A stretch of DNA of 62,180 bases from an uncultured Clostridiaceae bacterium (GTDB lineage: Bacteria > Bacillota > Clostridia > TANB77 > CAG-508). The number at the start of each line of letters is the position of its first letter. Positions within the stretch are counted from its first letter, which is position 1. The stretch is taken from the NCBI GenBank assembly GCA_949902805.1, contig CATLDI010000002.1:1-62180 (forward strand), given 5' to 3'. Below the pieces are notes generated by a model. The model worked only from the letters and a program-made list of their open reading frames with translations, was not told the origin of the DNA and ran no database searches. The position numbers and the translations under genes are program-made. Below, piece by piece: positions 39,027 to 47,870 of this stretch.

Positions 39027-40415
39027 CTATTCATTATTTTTTACAAGCATTGGTCCAACATTTGTTATTGTTCCTGCTCCTAATGTTAGTATTATATCGT
39101 CTTTTTCTACTTTTTCTTCTAAGTATTTAACTATGTCTTCAAATTTTGATATGTATATTGCTTTTCTTCCTTGTTCTTTTATTTTATCTACTATATCTTT
39201 TGATGATACACCATATGTGTTTGCTTCTCTTGCTGCATATATATCTGTTATTATTATATTATCAAAATATGTTAAACTATTTGCAAACTCATTTAAGTGT
39301 TCTTTTGTTCTACTATATGTGTGTGGTTGGAATATTACCCATGAATGATTGTATGTTTTTTTCTTAAGTCCCTTTGCTGTTGCTTTTATTTCTGTTGGAT
39401 GATGTCCATAGTCATCATATACACTTGCCCCTTTAAAGTTTCCTACATATTCAAACCTTCTATGTGCTCCTGTGTATTTTTTTAGTGCTGATTTAATATC
39501 TGCTTTTTCTATTCCATATTTATGACATAATGCAATACATGCTAATGCATTTAGCACATTGTGTTCTCCTGGAATTGATAGTTCAAATGATGCATAAAAG
39601 CTATTGTTATAATATACATCAAAACATGGAAAACCATTTTTGTTAAATGTTATATTTCTTCCTATGAAGTTAGCCTTTTCGTTTTTTATTCCATATGTTA
39701 TTACTTTTGCATTAGTATATTTGTGTAGTTCTGCACAATATTCATTATCTATGTTTGCAACTAATAATCCATCTTCTGGTAGTAGCCCTACATATTTAAT
39801 AAATGCTCTATTTATATTTTCTATATTTTTAAAATAATCTAAATGGTCATTGTCTATATTTAGAATAATTTCTGCTTTTGGTGAAAATTTTAAAAAACTT
39901 TCTACATATTCACATGCTTCTATTATAAAATTCTCGCTATTGCCTATTCTATAATTTCCATTTATTGCTTTTAGTGTAGCTCCTACTTGTATTGATGGAT
40001 CCTTGCAAGCTTCTATAAAACACATAGATACCATTGATGTTGTTGTAGTTTTTCCATGTGTTCCTGACACACAAATTGTATCACTAAAAGCTCTTGTTAT
40101 TATTCCTAGAAAATCTGCTCTTTCTATTGTTTCTATGCCAAGTTCTCTTGCTCTTACAAGTTCAGGATCATCTTGCTTTATTGCTGCTGTATATACAACT
40201 ACATCAGATTTAGCTACCATATTTACATCATGACCTATTACTACATGAATTCCATCTAAATTTAATTTTCTTGTAGTATCAGACTCTGCTCTATCTGAAC
40301 CAGTAACAACAAGCCCCCAATGTTTAAGGATTTCTGCTATTCCGCTCATACTAACTCCACCGATACCTATCATATGTATATGTTTATATTTTCTTAATTC
40401 TTCTATATTTGCCAA
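39027..40415 (-). CDS. murC: UDP-N-acetylmuramate--L-alanine ligase
   Basis: HMIGIGGVSMSGIAEIL and VSGTHGKTTTTSM motifs, 462 aa. Confidence 0.95.
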   Translation of the reverse strand: MANIEELRKYKHIHMIGIGGVSMSGIAEILKHWGLVVTGSDRAESDTTRKLNLDGIHVVIGHDVNMVAKSDVVVYTAAIKQDDPELVRARELGIETIERADFLGIITRAFSDTICVSGTHGKTTTTSMVSMCFIEACKDPSIQVGATLKAINGNYRIGNSENFIIEACEYVESFLKFSPKAEIILNIDNDHLDYFKNIENINRAFIKYVGLLPEDGLLVANIDNEYCAELHKYTNAKVITYGIKNEKANFIGRNITFNKNGFPCFDVYYNNSFYASFELSIPGEHNVLNALACIALCHKYGIEKADIKSALKKYTGAHRRFEYVGNFKGASVYDDYGHHPTEIKATAKGLKKKTYNHSWVIFQPHTYSRTKEHLNEFANSLTYFDNIIITDIYAAREANTYGVSSKDIVDKIKEQGRKAIYISKFEDIVKYLEEKVEKDDIILTLGAGTITNVGPMLVKNNE

Positions 40416-40552
40416 GTTTGTTCTCTCCTTTTATAGTCTTCTCACGATATTATACAATTTAAATGCATTTTTTTCAATACATTTTTTAAAAGTTATTTAT
40501 ATGTAGAATTTTGTAATTTTCAATTCACATCCAAAATTCTTTTGTTTTCATT

Positions 40553-40678
40553 GTAGGGGTCTCTGCCTTTGGCGACCAGTTCTTTCTACGAAATTTCTTT
40601 TGAAAATATATATTCAATACTGTCAAAAACAACAAGTTGGCTTTACGCCACTGGGTCGCCGAAGGCGGCGACCCCTAC
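40553..40678. repeat. inverted pair of REP-like elements (family A, GGCGACC subtype)
   Basis: GTAGGGGTCTCTGCCTTTGGCGACCAG ... CTGGGTCGCCGAAGGCGGCGACCCCTAC. Confidence 0.8.
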
Positions 40679-40794
40679 AATGAAAAATATTATTTTTTAG
40701 ATTGCGAATAGTAACTTTGTAGTTTTAATTTATTTATCAATAACTAATTTATTATATGTTATTTATTATATAAAGTTACCACTTAAGCTTCCTT

Positions 40795-42084
40795 TCATGA
40801 AGCCGCTTTAAGCATCATATCTGCAAATACCGCATAACCAGTTGTTGGGTCATTTACTAATACATGAGTCACCGCACCTACAAATTTTCCGTCTTGAACA
40901 ATTGGGGACCCACTCATACCTTGAATTATTCCTCCTGTTTTCTCTAACAACTCTTTGTCTGTAACTTTTATTAGCATACTTTTATTATCTTTATTATTAT
41001 TAAGATATATTTTTTGAATTTCAATTTCATAGTGTTTTTTATTTCCTTGTTCAAGTTCACATATAATTTCCGCTTTTTCAGCTTTTATTTTATTTCTATC
41101 TAGTACTTCCATTTCTTTTTCTGTTATTTGTAAATTTGATTTATTAGTTGTTTTTCCAAACACACCGAAATTTGTGTTTTTAAATATGTTTCCTAATTTT
41201 CTGCTTTGTTCTATACTGCCTCTTATTTCTCCTGGATTTCCTTTTTCGCCTTTTGTAATAGATACAATATTAGTAGTTACTAATTCTCCATTTGCTATTG
41301 TTACTAAATTTCCTGTATCTATGTCTGTTATTCCATGGCCTAATAAAGCAAATGCTCCTGTTGATGGTTCATAGAAAGTTGCTGTTCCAACACCTGCAGC
41401 AGCATCTCTTACCCATAACCCTAATTTATATTCATTATCTTTTGTTTTTACTGGTACAATATTGGTAGTCATTTCTTTTTCCTCTTTTTCTTTTATATAT
41501 TTTATTTGTATTTCTTTACCTTGTGAGCTATTAACTGTTTGTATTAGTTCTTCAGTGTTCGTTATTTTTTTATTATCAATTGAAACTATTCTATCTCCTT
41601 CTTCTATTCCAGTAGTTTCATAAGGTTTTATTCCTTCTATTTCTGACATTCCTACTACCAATATTCCTTCTGTATATAATTTTAACCCTATAGCATTTCC
41701 TAGTGGTATTACTGTAGTTTTGGGTATTACATTTACTGTTACATCTGCAACATTTATAGAATTAAACAAATTTACTTTCATATCTATTGTTCCAGCTTCT
41801 AGCTTTTTTTCTTCATCTAACCTGTCTGATGAAGCTTCTAATATTGTACCTGATTTAGTTTGTACAATATTAGGGTTTGATGTTTTTATTTGTTTTAAAT
41901 TTATTCCCCATAATGTTGCAAGTTCTAATTCTTCGCCTTGTAATAAAATTATACTCTTTGGCATTAATGTTATATTAGCTATATATAAATATAAAAATAC
42001 TAAAATGGTTAAAATAAAAATAAGTTTTAGATATTTCTTCAAATCAATCATCCTTTCAAAGCTTTTTATTATTATTTTAACCAA
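40795..42084 (-). CDS. spoIVB: SpoIVB peptidase (S55 family, PDZ + serine protease)
   Basis: GIIQGMSGSPIVQDGKFVGAVTHVLVNDPTTGYAVFADMM and a PDZ-like GIEEGDRIVSIDNKKI. Confidence 0.9.
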   Translation of the reverse strand: MVKIIIKSFERMIDLKKYLKLIFILTILVFLYLYIANITLMPKSIILLQGEELELATLWGINLKQIKTSNPNIVQTKSGTILEASSDRLDEEKKLEAGTIDMKVNLFNSINVADVTVNVIPKTTVIPLGNAIGLKLYTEGILVVGMSEIEGIKPYETTGIEEGDRIVSIDNKKITNTEELIQTVNSSQGKEIQIKYIKEKEEKEMTTNIVPVKTKDNEYKLGLWVRDAAAGVGTATFYEPSTGAFALLGHGITDIDTGNLVTIANGELVTTNIVSITKGEKGNPGEIRGSIEQSRKLGNIFKNTNFGVFGKTTNKSNLQITEKEMEVLDRNKIKAEKAEIICELEQGNKKHYEIEIQKIYLNNNKDNKSMLIKVTDKELLEKTGGIIQGMSGSPIVQDGKFVGAVTHVLVNDPTTGYAVFADMMLKAAS

Positions 42085-42254
42085 TTTATTTATTTTGAAA
42101 CATTATTAATAAGCATGTAAAAATTTTATATTTCTTTTATCGTTATTATAGTTTTATATTAGTTGATTTCATTTTTTTCATACTCTTTTTAATAATATAT
42201 AAGAGCTTAATTGAGTAAAAATACTGTTCAATTAAGCTCTTATATAAATTCATT

Positions 42255-43980
42255 TTAAATTGATATGTTTCCATTTGTTCTATATAAATTATAGCGTTCT
42301 CTTCCTAAAGCTGTTAAATATGTTTTTCTTAATTTCGTTATATCTTTATTTTGTGTTTCATACATATTTGTTTTTATATTATATTTTTTCAATTTTCCTT
42401 CTATTATATTATCTAAGTCATAATTTATAGAAACATTTACTATGCAGTTATAACATTTTGGATAATATTGTGGATAGTAATGTGCTTCTCCATTTTCTGG
42501 AACTTCTATTTGAGAATTTTCTTTTACTATTCTTTGAACTCCTTCTATCGTTTGCCTTTCGAAGTCTATTACATTATATGCACCTACTATATCATAATTG
42601 TTTTCTATTAAATCACTACAACCTGGAATATGTGCTTCTGTTATTCCTTTGGAATTTTTTGCCAACACATAAATAGAATCTTGTATTACTACTTCCTCGT
42701 TTTTGTCATTTGTTATTACACAATATGAATTAAAGAATTTTGATTTGATTGGTAGTCCTTGCATAAATACTGACATAGATATATTATTTAACAACTTTTC
42801 CCAATCTTCTTCTTTAAGTATTGGCATTTCAAATTTGTATGTTCCACCTGTTCCAACATTATAATTTGCTATAGCTGAAGAAAGATTTGTTTCTATTGAT
42901 TTTCTTATTACGCTCATTCTGTGTTCATTGAATGTTGAACCTTCTAACAGTGGATTGTTTTTAGCTGAAAAACTAAATATTTCCTCATCACCTGTATTTG
43001 AGTTAAAATTTGTTATATTATCTCCATTTGTATCAATTGCATGACTTTGTTTAATGTTTCCTATATTGCTATTTAGCCAATTACTAAATTCATATGCATT
43101 TATATAATATTCTGCTGCACTATTATTGTATAAGTTTCCATTTGAAGTTAATCTTTGTGCATACATTAGTGATGTTACTTCTCCTGTTTGCAATAAATTT
43201 CCTTCATCTGTTAAATATTGTTTTTTATAATTTGCATATAGAAAATATCCATTTGTATCTTTGTATATTTTTTGGTTGTTGTATATTGTATATTGATAAG
43301 AACTTCTTGTTGCTGTTCCTTCGTCATCAATTGTTATTAATTGTTCTGTTAGTATTTCTCTTTCTATTTGTATTCCATCATATACTACACTTTGTGCATA
43401 ACCATTACTATCTTTTACTATATTTGTTACTAAATTTGGATTTATAACATATCCTGATTTTGTAACATAATTTCCTTTTATATTTCCATACACAGTTATA
43501 CTATTATCTAGTGTATAGTTTACTACAAAATCATCTAGGCCACTTTTGTACCTACATGAGTAATAAATATATGGTTTTAGTCCATATTGATATTCCCCAT
43601 TCTCGCCTAATTGATAATTAAAGTATTTACCATATATATAATATCCGTCATACATAGTATATACTATTGCTGGTATAAATTCTCTTAATTGCTCTTTTTC
43701 ATATCCACTTGCTCCCATTGATGTTCCTAAAGAATTATAAAAAGTATTTATGGAAGCTTCTATATCTCTTATTTTTGAATCACTTATACTAGAATATTTA
43801 TTATTTATAGTATTTAATTGGAATGCTTTTATTGCATCATATGCGGCGTCTTGAAGTTTTTTGTTATATCCGAGTTTGTAAGTATATAGTATCTATTTGA
43901 GATGCAATATATTCACCTAATACTAATGATATTGGCAATATTATAATAACAAATATTATTGCTAAATGTTGTAATTTCAT
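42255..43980 (-). CDS. 574-aa N-terminally anchored protein at the distal end of the pilus locus, requires a +1 shift at CGG-A (43870-43872)
   Basis: ATG at 43980 gives MKLQHLAIIFVIIILPISLVLGEYIASQIDTIYLQT-R-I-*. The +1 frame continues GYNKKLQDAAYDAIKAF...SLGTSMGASGYEKEQL into ORF 42255..43718. Confidence 0.55.
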
Positions 43981-44004
43981 TTCTTGCTTTCCTTTCCTCA
44001 ATTT

Positions 44005-44108
44005 GTAGGGGCGATTAGCAATCGCCCACTCTACGTAGGATTAGCTAAAACAATTATTATTTTAGAGCTATTTCATAGAAGTGGCGGGCGATTAATAATC
44101 GCCCCTAC
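44005..44108. repeat. pair of REP-like hairpins (family A, CGATTA..TAATCG subtype)
   Basis: GTAGGGGCGATTAGCAATCGCCCACTCTAC and GGCGGGCGATTAATAATCGCCCCTAC. Relatives at 55889-55914 and 58391-58413. Confidence 0.8.
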
Positions 44109-44138
44109 ATTTGCCTTTAAATTATTTATAATTTAAAA

Positions 44139-44190
44139 TAGAAGTTAGACTAGAAATTAGAAAATTTAAATTTCCAACCTCTAACATCTA
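44139..44190. repeat. inverted heptamer-array element (family D)
   Basis: AGAAGTT AGACT AGAAATT AGAAAAT / TTCCAAC CTCTAAC ATCTAAC TTCTAAA. Confidence 0.65.
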
Positions 44191-44209
44191 ACTTCTAAAA
44201 TCTTATAAA

Positions 44210-44734
44210 TTATTTACTTCCATTTACATTAACAATTCCTGCGTTTTGAGCTGTTATTTGATATGTATCGTTTCCTGATAGTTGATAGAAAAAGTTCTTT
44301 AATATTTGTGATATTGTTTGGTTTGTGTTTCTAACTGTTACAGATACCATATCTCCTTCTTTTAAAGTTATTCTTCCATTATTGTTTAACTTTTCTTCTA
44401 CTTGACTTGTATATAAGTTATAATATAAGTTTTCTCCAATTTTTGTCATTTCTGCTTGTGTAGTTTTAACTCCAGGATTCTCGTCTAATATTTGAACTTC
44501 TATATCTACATCAAAAGAATTCCCTGTTGAGGTAATAGTTTGCACATATTTATCATAATCATCTGAAGTTAACTTTCCTGTTGTTCTTATATTGTCTACA
44601 AAGTCTGTGGTTGCAGTTTGCACAGCTAGTTGGGCTACGTCATCTGTTCTTTCAGACATTGCCATTAGTGGAAAAACAAACATAAGAATTGCTGCTAAGA
44701 ATATTGCTACAATTGTTATTAAACTATCTCCCAT
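44210..44734 (-). CDS. small N-terminally anchored protein of the pilus locus (TadE/minor-pilin-like)
   Basis: MGDSLITIVAIFLAAILMFVFPLMAM hydrophobic N-terminus, AGGAGG SD, tight operon spacing. Confidence 0.4.
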   Translation of the reverse strand: MGDSLITIVAIFLAAILMFVFPLMAMSERTDDVAQLAVQTATTDFVDNIRTTGKLTSDDYDKYVQTITSTGNSFDVDIEVQILDENPGVKTTQAEMTKIGENLYYNLYTSQVEEKLNNNGRITLKEGDMVSVTVRNTNQTISQILKNFFYQLSGNDTYQITAQNAGIVNVNGSK

Positions 44735-44748
44735 TTTTATTTCCTCCT

Positions 44749-45468
44749 TTAATTATTCTTTATATATGTAAAAATTATCATTCTTTTTAATTTTTCCTTT
44801 GTTAAACTACCTGTTGTGCTTTCCTCTTCTTGCCTACTATTATATTTATATTCTTCAACTGTTTCAAGAAACTTTGCATTTTTATATTTTGATATAAATC
44901 CTCCTGATTGTAGAGGTGATTTTGAATAATCTATATAATTTGTATTATTATTTGGATTAATATATATTGTTCCATTTAGAAAACAATCCAAATTATTTTT
45001 TATTCTATCATAACTACCTGTCCAAGGTTCATGTCTTAAAGTTTCTTCATCTAAGTCAAATGAAAATATTTCGCTTTCAGTTTTGTCAATTCCATATTTT
45101 CTTTCCATTAAGGTTTTATATGAAGGTTGCCAATTTCTATTTGCTGTGGTTTTGTATATAGGCAAATATTTCCAGTTAGTAATATCACCTGTTTCGTAAT
45201 TATAAGTTCCTTCTTTAAAAACAACTGTATAATTTTCTTTGTAATATTTATATAATGTTGGAATTATTGTTTCTAACCCTACTATTCTATTTTCAGCAGC
45301 CTTTCCTATAGCTCCTATATATTCATAATAATTTGTTTCATCTTTAGTGTAAAGTATTAAATCTGCTGTTTGCCTTACTTTACCAAATGAAACCATTGAA
45401 ACAGTTAATGCTATTGCTAATACCATTACTGCAAAAGCTATAAAGAAAGCATGTGTAGCATTCTCCAT
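44749..45468 (-). CDS. pilin-like protein (MENATHAFFIAFAVMVLAIAL N-terminus)
   Basis: N-terminus is related to the MENASKALIIA paralogues. 239 aa. Confidence 0.45.
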   Translation of the reverse strand: MENATHAFFIAFAVMVLAIALTVSMVSFGKVRQTADLILYTKDETNYYEYIGAIGKAAENRIVGLETIIPTLYKYYKENYTVVFKEGTYNYETGDITNWKYLPIYKTTANRNWQPSYKTLMERKYGIDKTESEIFSFDLDEETLRHEPWTGSYDRIKNNLDCFLNGTIYINPNNNTNYIDYSKSPLQSGGFISKYKNAKFLETVEEYKYNSRQEEESTTGSLTKEKLKRMIIFTYIKNN

Positions 45469-45489
45469 AATTTTCTTTCCTTACTATAA

Positions 45490-45894
45490 TTATTTTTCAG
45501 CATCTGTTATTGTTATTGTATCTATTGTTTTGCTTGGTCCATTATATGTTGCTGTAACATTATAGAATTTTCCATTAGCATAACTAGATTTTAATGTGTT
45601 AATATCTGCTGCTTCAGTTTTATCGTTTATTGTAATTGTAAAAGTTTCATCATCATCTGCTGCTAAATTATTATTTTTTACTAAATCACATAAACTTTTT
45701 ACATTTGAGCCTTTTACTTTTGGTCCTAAATAGTTTTCAAATTTCGAATTAATTGCTGCTACTTTAGAATCATCTAAATTTGCTCCTGATATAGCATCCT
45801 TTGCATTGTTAAATACCATCATTCCCAAACCTATAATTAAAATTGATAATAGTATTGCTCCTGCAATAATTAATGCTTTTGACGCATTTTCCAT
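45490..45894 (-). CDS. candidate major pilin (134 aa, MENASKALIIAGAILLSILIIGLGMMVF N-terminus)
   Basis: Short charged leader plus a single about 22-aa hydrophobic helix plus a small globular part. Shortest of three paralogues. Confidence 0.5.
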   Translation of the reverse strand: MENASKALIIAGAILLSILIIGLGMMVFNNAKDAISGANLDDSKVAAINSKFENYLGPKVKGSNVKSLCDLVKNNNLAADDDETFTITINDKTEAADINTLKSSYANGKFYNVTATYNGPSKTIDTITITDAEK

Positions 45895-45949
45895 AATAAA
45901 TTCCTCCTTTTTTCATTTGTATGGGAACATTTATAATGTTCTCATATAT

Positions 45950-46047
45950 TAGATGTCAGATGTCGGATGTTGGATGTCGGAGTATTTAGTAATTTCTTCG
46001 AAGAAACTACTTATATTCTGACTTCTGTCTTCTGATTGCTGACCTCT
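45950..46047. repeat. inverted heptamer-array element (family D) with central TTCTTCGAAGAA palindrome
   Basis: AGATGTC AGATGTC GGATGTT GGATGTC GGAG ... TTCTGAC TTCTGTC TTCTGAT TGCTGAC CTCT. Confidence 0.75.
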
Positions 46048-46060
46048 TAAAAATTAATAA

Positions 46061-46489
46061 CTAAATTTGTTCAAATAATAAATATTTTACATTATTTGTT
46101 TTTTCATGATAGTGCTTGTCTGTACATTTAAATGTTGCTGTTGCATAATTTTTTATAAATTCTTCAGAACCCAGTTTACTTATTCTTTCCATAGGGTATG
46201 TTTCTTCTGATTCTAAAAATTTTATTTCTATTTTTATTGAAGTTGTATCATTTTCTATATATAAGTTGTTTTTATCTAATTGTATATTATTTTTGTTGTT
46301 ACTATCAGTAGCTTTATTTATAAGTGTTATAAGTGATGTTCCTACTATTTCATTATTTGTAAATATTTCATATTCTTCGTTTAATTTTTGAATTCTTAAC
46401 ATATCACTTTTATATGAATTATATTTATACACTATAATTACAATAATAATTAGTAAAACAACTGCTAATATCGCCAAAGTTTTTTTCAT
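46061..46489 (-). CDS. small N-terminally anchored protein of the pilus locus
   Basis: MKKTLAILAVVLLIIIVIIVY anchor, GAGGAG SD. Confidence 0.35.
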   Translation of the reverse strand: MKKTLAILAVVLLIIIVIIVYKYNSYKSDMLRIQKLNEEYEIFTNNEIVGTSLITLINKATDSNNKNNIQLDKNNLYIENDTTSIKIEIKFLESEETYPMERISKLGSEEFIKNYATATFKCTDKHYHEKTNNVKYLLFEQI

Positions 46490-46573
46490 ATTCTATACTC
46501 CTCTTTATTATAACATTATTATACATTTTATGCAAATATAAATTATTACTTTTTTGGAAAATAATATCAATTT

Positions 46574-47080
46574 CTATAATTCTAATATTTTTACATATAT
46601 AACTCTTCCACTTACAGTACTTGTTTCTATATTTTCTATATAATAATATTTTGTTTCTGATTCAGTATTTTCTTTATATGAATTTTCTTGAAGAAATTCT
46701 ATAAGTTTTTCTTCATTTAATTTTTCTAAGTTTTTTCTATTTTTCACATCTATTTGAATATAATAAGAATTGTCGCTTTTACTATTTTGTTCTTGCACTT
46801 CATATTCGATATTATTTTTTTTAGCTAAATTAGTAAGAGTTACTATATCATGAGATGTTATTTTTATTTTTTCTATTTCTCCTGTTTCTGTGTTATAATT
46901 TTCACCATAATATTTAAAAAATTGAGTATTAAATTCTGCAATTTTTCCTCTTTCTATTTCATTCATTATTTCTCGGCTAGATCCTCCGAAAGAATTAAAT
47001 AGAGCTACAGCAACAGATATAATCATTATACCTAATAATACACTTGCTGCTATTATTAATGCCTTTGATGCATTCTCCAT
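46574..47080 (-). CDS. pilin paralogue (MENASKALIIAASVLLGIMIISVAVALFN)
   Basis: Shares the N-terminus and the post-TM EFNTQFFKYYG motif with 45490..45894 and 47082..47769. Confidence 0.5.
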   Translation of the reverse strand: MENASKALIIAASVLLGIMIISVAVALFNSFGGSSREIMNEIERGKIAEFNTQFFKYYGENYNTETGEIEKIKITSHDIVTLTNLAKKNNIEYEVQEQNSKSDNSYYIQIDVKNRKNLEKLNEEKLIEFLQENSYKENTESETKYYYIENIETSTVSGRVIYVKILEL

Positions 47081-47081
47081 T

Positions 47082-47769
47082 CTATTTCTCCTTAAATATC
47101 ATTTTTATTATTCTTCCAGTACTATTATCATATTCAAATTTATCTGCTTTGAATGTTTTAGTTTTTAGTGTTTCTAAAGCTGTTTTATAAGATAAATATA
47201 TATCTATTTGTGGCTTTATTTCATTTTTTACATAATTACTATTCTTTGCTAATTCTGCTTTGAATAGTTCATTTAATTCATTATTTCTAAGTCCTGATAA
47301 GTAACTTAATTTGTATCCGTTTAACATCTTTTTTAGTTAATTTTGATATTATTGTATTCCATCCATTAGTTTTATTTTCAATTAAATCTTGTAATCTTTC
47401 TGAGTCCCAATTTGAGTTTTTGGCTATTACTGTTTCTAGTTTACTGCCATCTTCTAAGTTTCTTATCTTTAAATCTGAAGCAAATGTTATAACCATTTCT
47501 ATTTTTTTATATCCTTGTTCTTCTGCTTGTCTTATATTATAGTCGTTAACTTTATTTGCTATAGATAATACATCACTTCCGTATAAGTTATCCCTATAAT
47601 ATACATCATATTGTTTATTAAATTCTGTTGCTTGTTCTGATATATCTACATTATTCTCTGTACCCATTAAATCTTTTATATTATTATAGAACATCACTAA
47701 TAGTGATATTACCAAAATAGATATTAATATACTTCCTGCTATTATTAAGGCTTTTGATGCATTTTCCAT
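47082..47769 (-). CDS. pilin paralogue (MENASKALIIAGSILISILVISLLVMFYN), requires a +1 shift at CGG-A (47317-47319)
   Basis: ORF 47287..47769 ends ...KKDVK-R-IQIKLLIRT*. Skipping the C gives ...KKDVK-G-YKLSYLSGLRNNELNELF..., continuous with ORF 47082..47327. Confidence 0.5.
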
Positions 47770-47794
47770 ATTTTTCTCCTTTCGGAAATCTAAT

Positions 47795-47870
47795 ATCGGA
47801 GGTCAGAAGTCAGATTTTTGGTAATTTCTTCTATATATCTTAATTTCTGGCTTCTTACCTCTAGGTTGCC
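47795..47870. repeat. inverted heptamer-array element (family D)
   Basis: TCGGAGG TCAGAAG TCAGATT ... AATTTCT GGCTTCT TACCTCT. The right arm overlaps the stop of 47861..49936. Confidence 0.6.
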
